Shown piece after piece: positions 27,509-27,856 of a stretch of DNA of 27,856 bases (positions are counted from its first letter, which is position 1; the number at the start of each line of letters is the position of its first letter). The DNA comes from Candidatus Eiseniibacteriota bacterium (GTDB taxonomy: Bacteria; Eisenbacteria; RBG-16-71-46; DASYSL01). The position numbers and the translations under genes are program-made. The stretch is from NCBI GenBank assembly GCA_046598045.1, contig JBKJJJ010000146.1:1-27856 (forward strand), written 5' to 3'. The notes under the pieces were generated by a model that had not been told where the DNA came from, made no database searches, and worked only from the letters and a program-made list of their open reading frames with translations.

Positions 27509-27856
27509 TCGAGTTGTCGCCACTCGACGCCCGGATCCCCGCCTGGAATCTCGACGACCTGGTCGAGCGCGCGTGCCCGGTGTGCGGGCAGGGCGGAGCC
27601 GAACCGCGCTATCGCCGACCGGACCGGCTGATCGTCCGCCAGTGTGGCACGTGCACGACCTGGTTCGTGTCGCCCGCGCCCTCGGCCGCGCAGATCGACG
27701 CGTTCTACGCGCGCTATGACGAGCAGCACCGGCGCGAGCCCGAGCAATCGGCCCGGGATCTCCTGCGTGCCTACGGGAGAACGCGGCCCGATGGGGACTT
27801 CCGCCTGCGCGAACTCGCATCGCTCAAGTCGTTCGCGGGTGCACGCGTGCTCGACG
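27505..27856 (+). CDS. Class I SAM methyltransferase with N-terminal Zn ribbon, truncated by window end
   Basis: Not in the ORF track; ATGA overlap at 27505; reads MIELSPLDARIPAWNLDDLVERACPVCG...RQCGTC..FVSPAPS...FYARY...GARVLD, ending at the start of SAM motif I. Confidence 0.8.
   Translation, partial: MIELSPLDARIPAWNLDDLVERACPVCGQGGAEPRYRRPDRLIVRQCGTCTTWFVSPAPSAAQIDAFYARYDEQHRREPEQSARDLLRAYGRTRPDGDFRLRELASLKSFAGARVLD

Noticed and set aside
1..27856. tRNA, rRNA, CRISPR array, transposase or integrase
   Set aside because: The window is almost fully coding, gaps are under 150 nt, and no such motifs or regularly spaced repeats were seen

Overview
Very GC-rich (roughly 70% by eye) DNA from a diderm bacterium; protein style hints at an FCB-related lineage, which is inference only. 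Nearly all real genes lie on the + strand, in three blocks. (1) 1-10197: the 3' part of a translationally coupled pyrimidine operon (pyrC partial, carA, carB, pyrK, pyrD, pyrF). A TPR lipoprotein sits between carB and pyrK, and a secreted carboxypeptidase-regulatory-like-domain protein follows pyrF. (2) 10247-11049: a compact two-gene cassette, a 78-aa Trp/Arg-rich protein plus a 189-aa nucleotidyltransferase resembling the MenT1 (Rv0078A) toxin type. This is a probable toxin-antitoxin module whose antitoxin I do not recognise, and it is the most notable element. (3) 11197-end: a Wzx/Wzy-type surface glycan locus with gmd-like and rmd-like SDRs, ugd, rmlC-like, rmlB, four GT4 glycosyltransferases, an SLBB/Wza-like export protein, a kinase-less Wzz-like co-polymerase, a flippase, an O-antigen ligase/polymerase and two Zn-finger SAM methyltransferases (one inverted, one cut by the window end). 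The exported proteins are enriched in the D(S/T)(A/I/L/V/M/T) O-glycosylation sequon, one GT4 appears to start at CTG, and no RNA genes, CRISPR arrays or transposases were seen. All calls come from motif recognition; no database searches were run.
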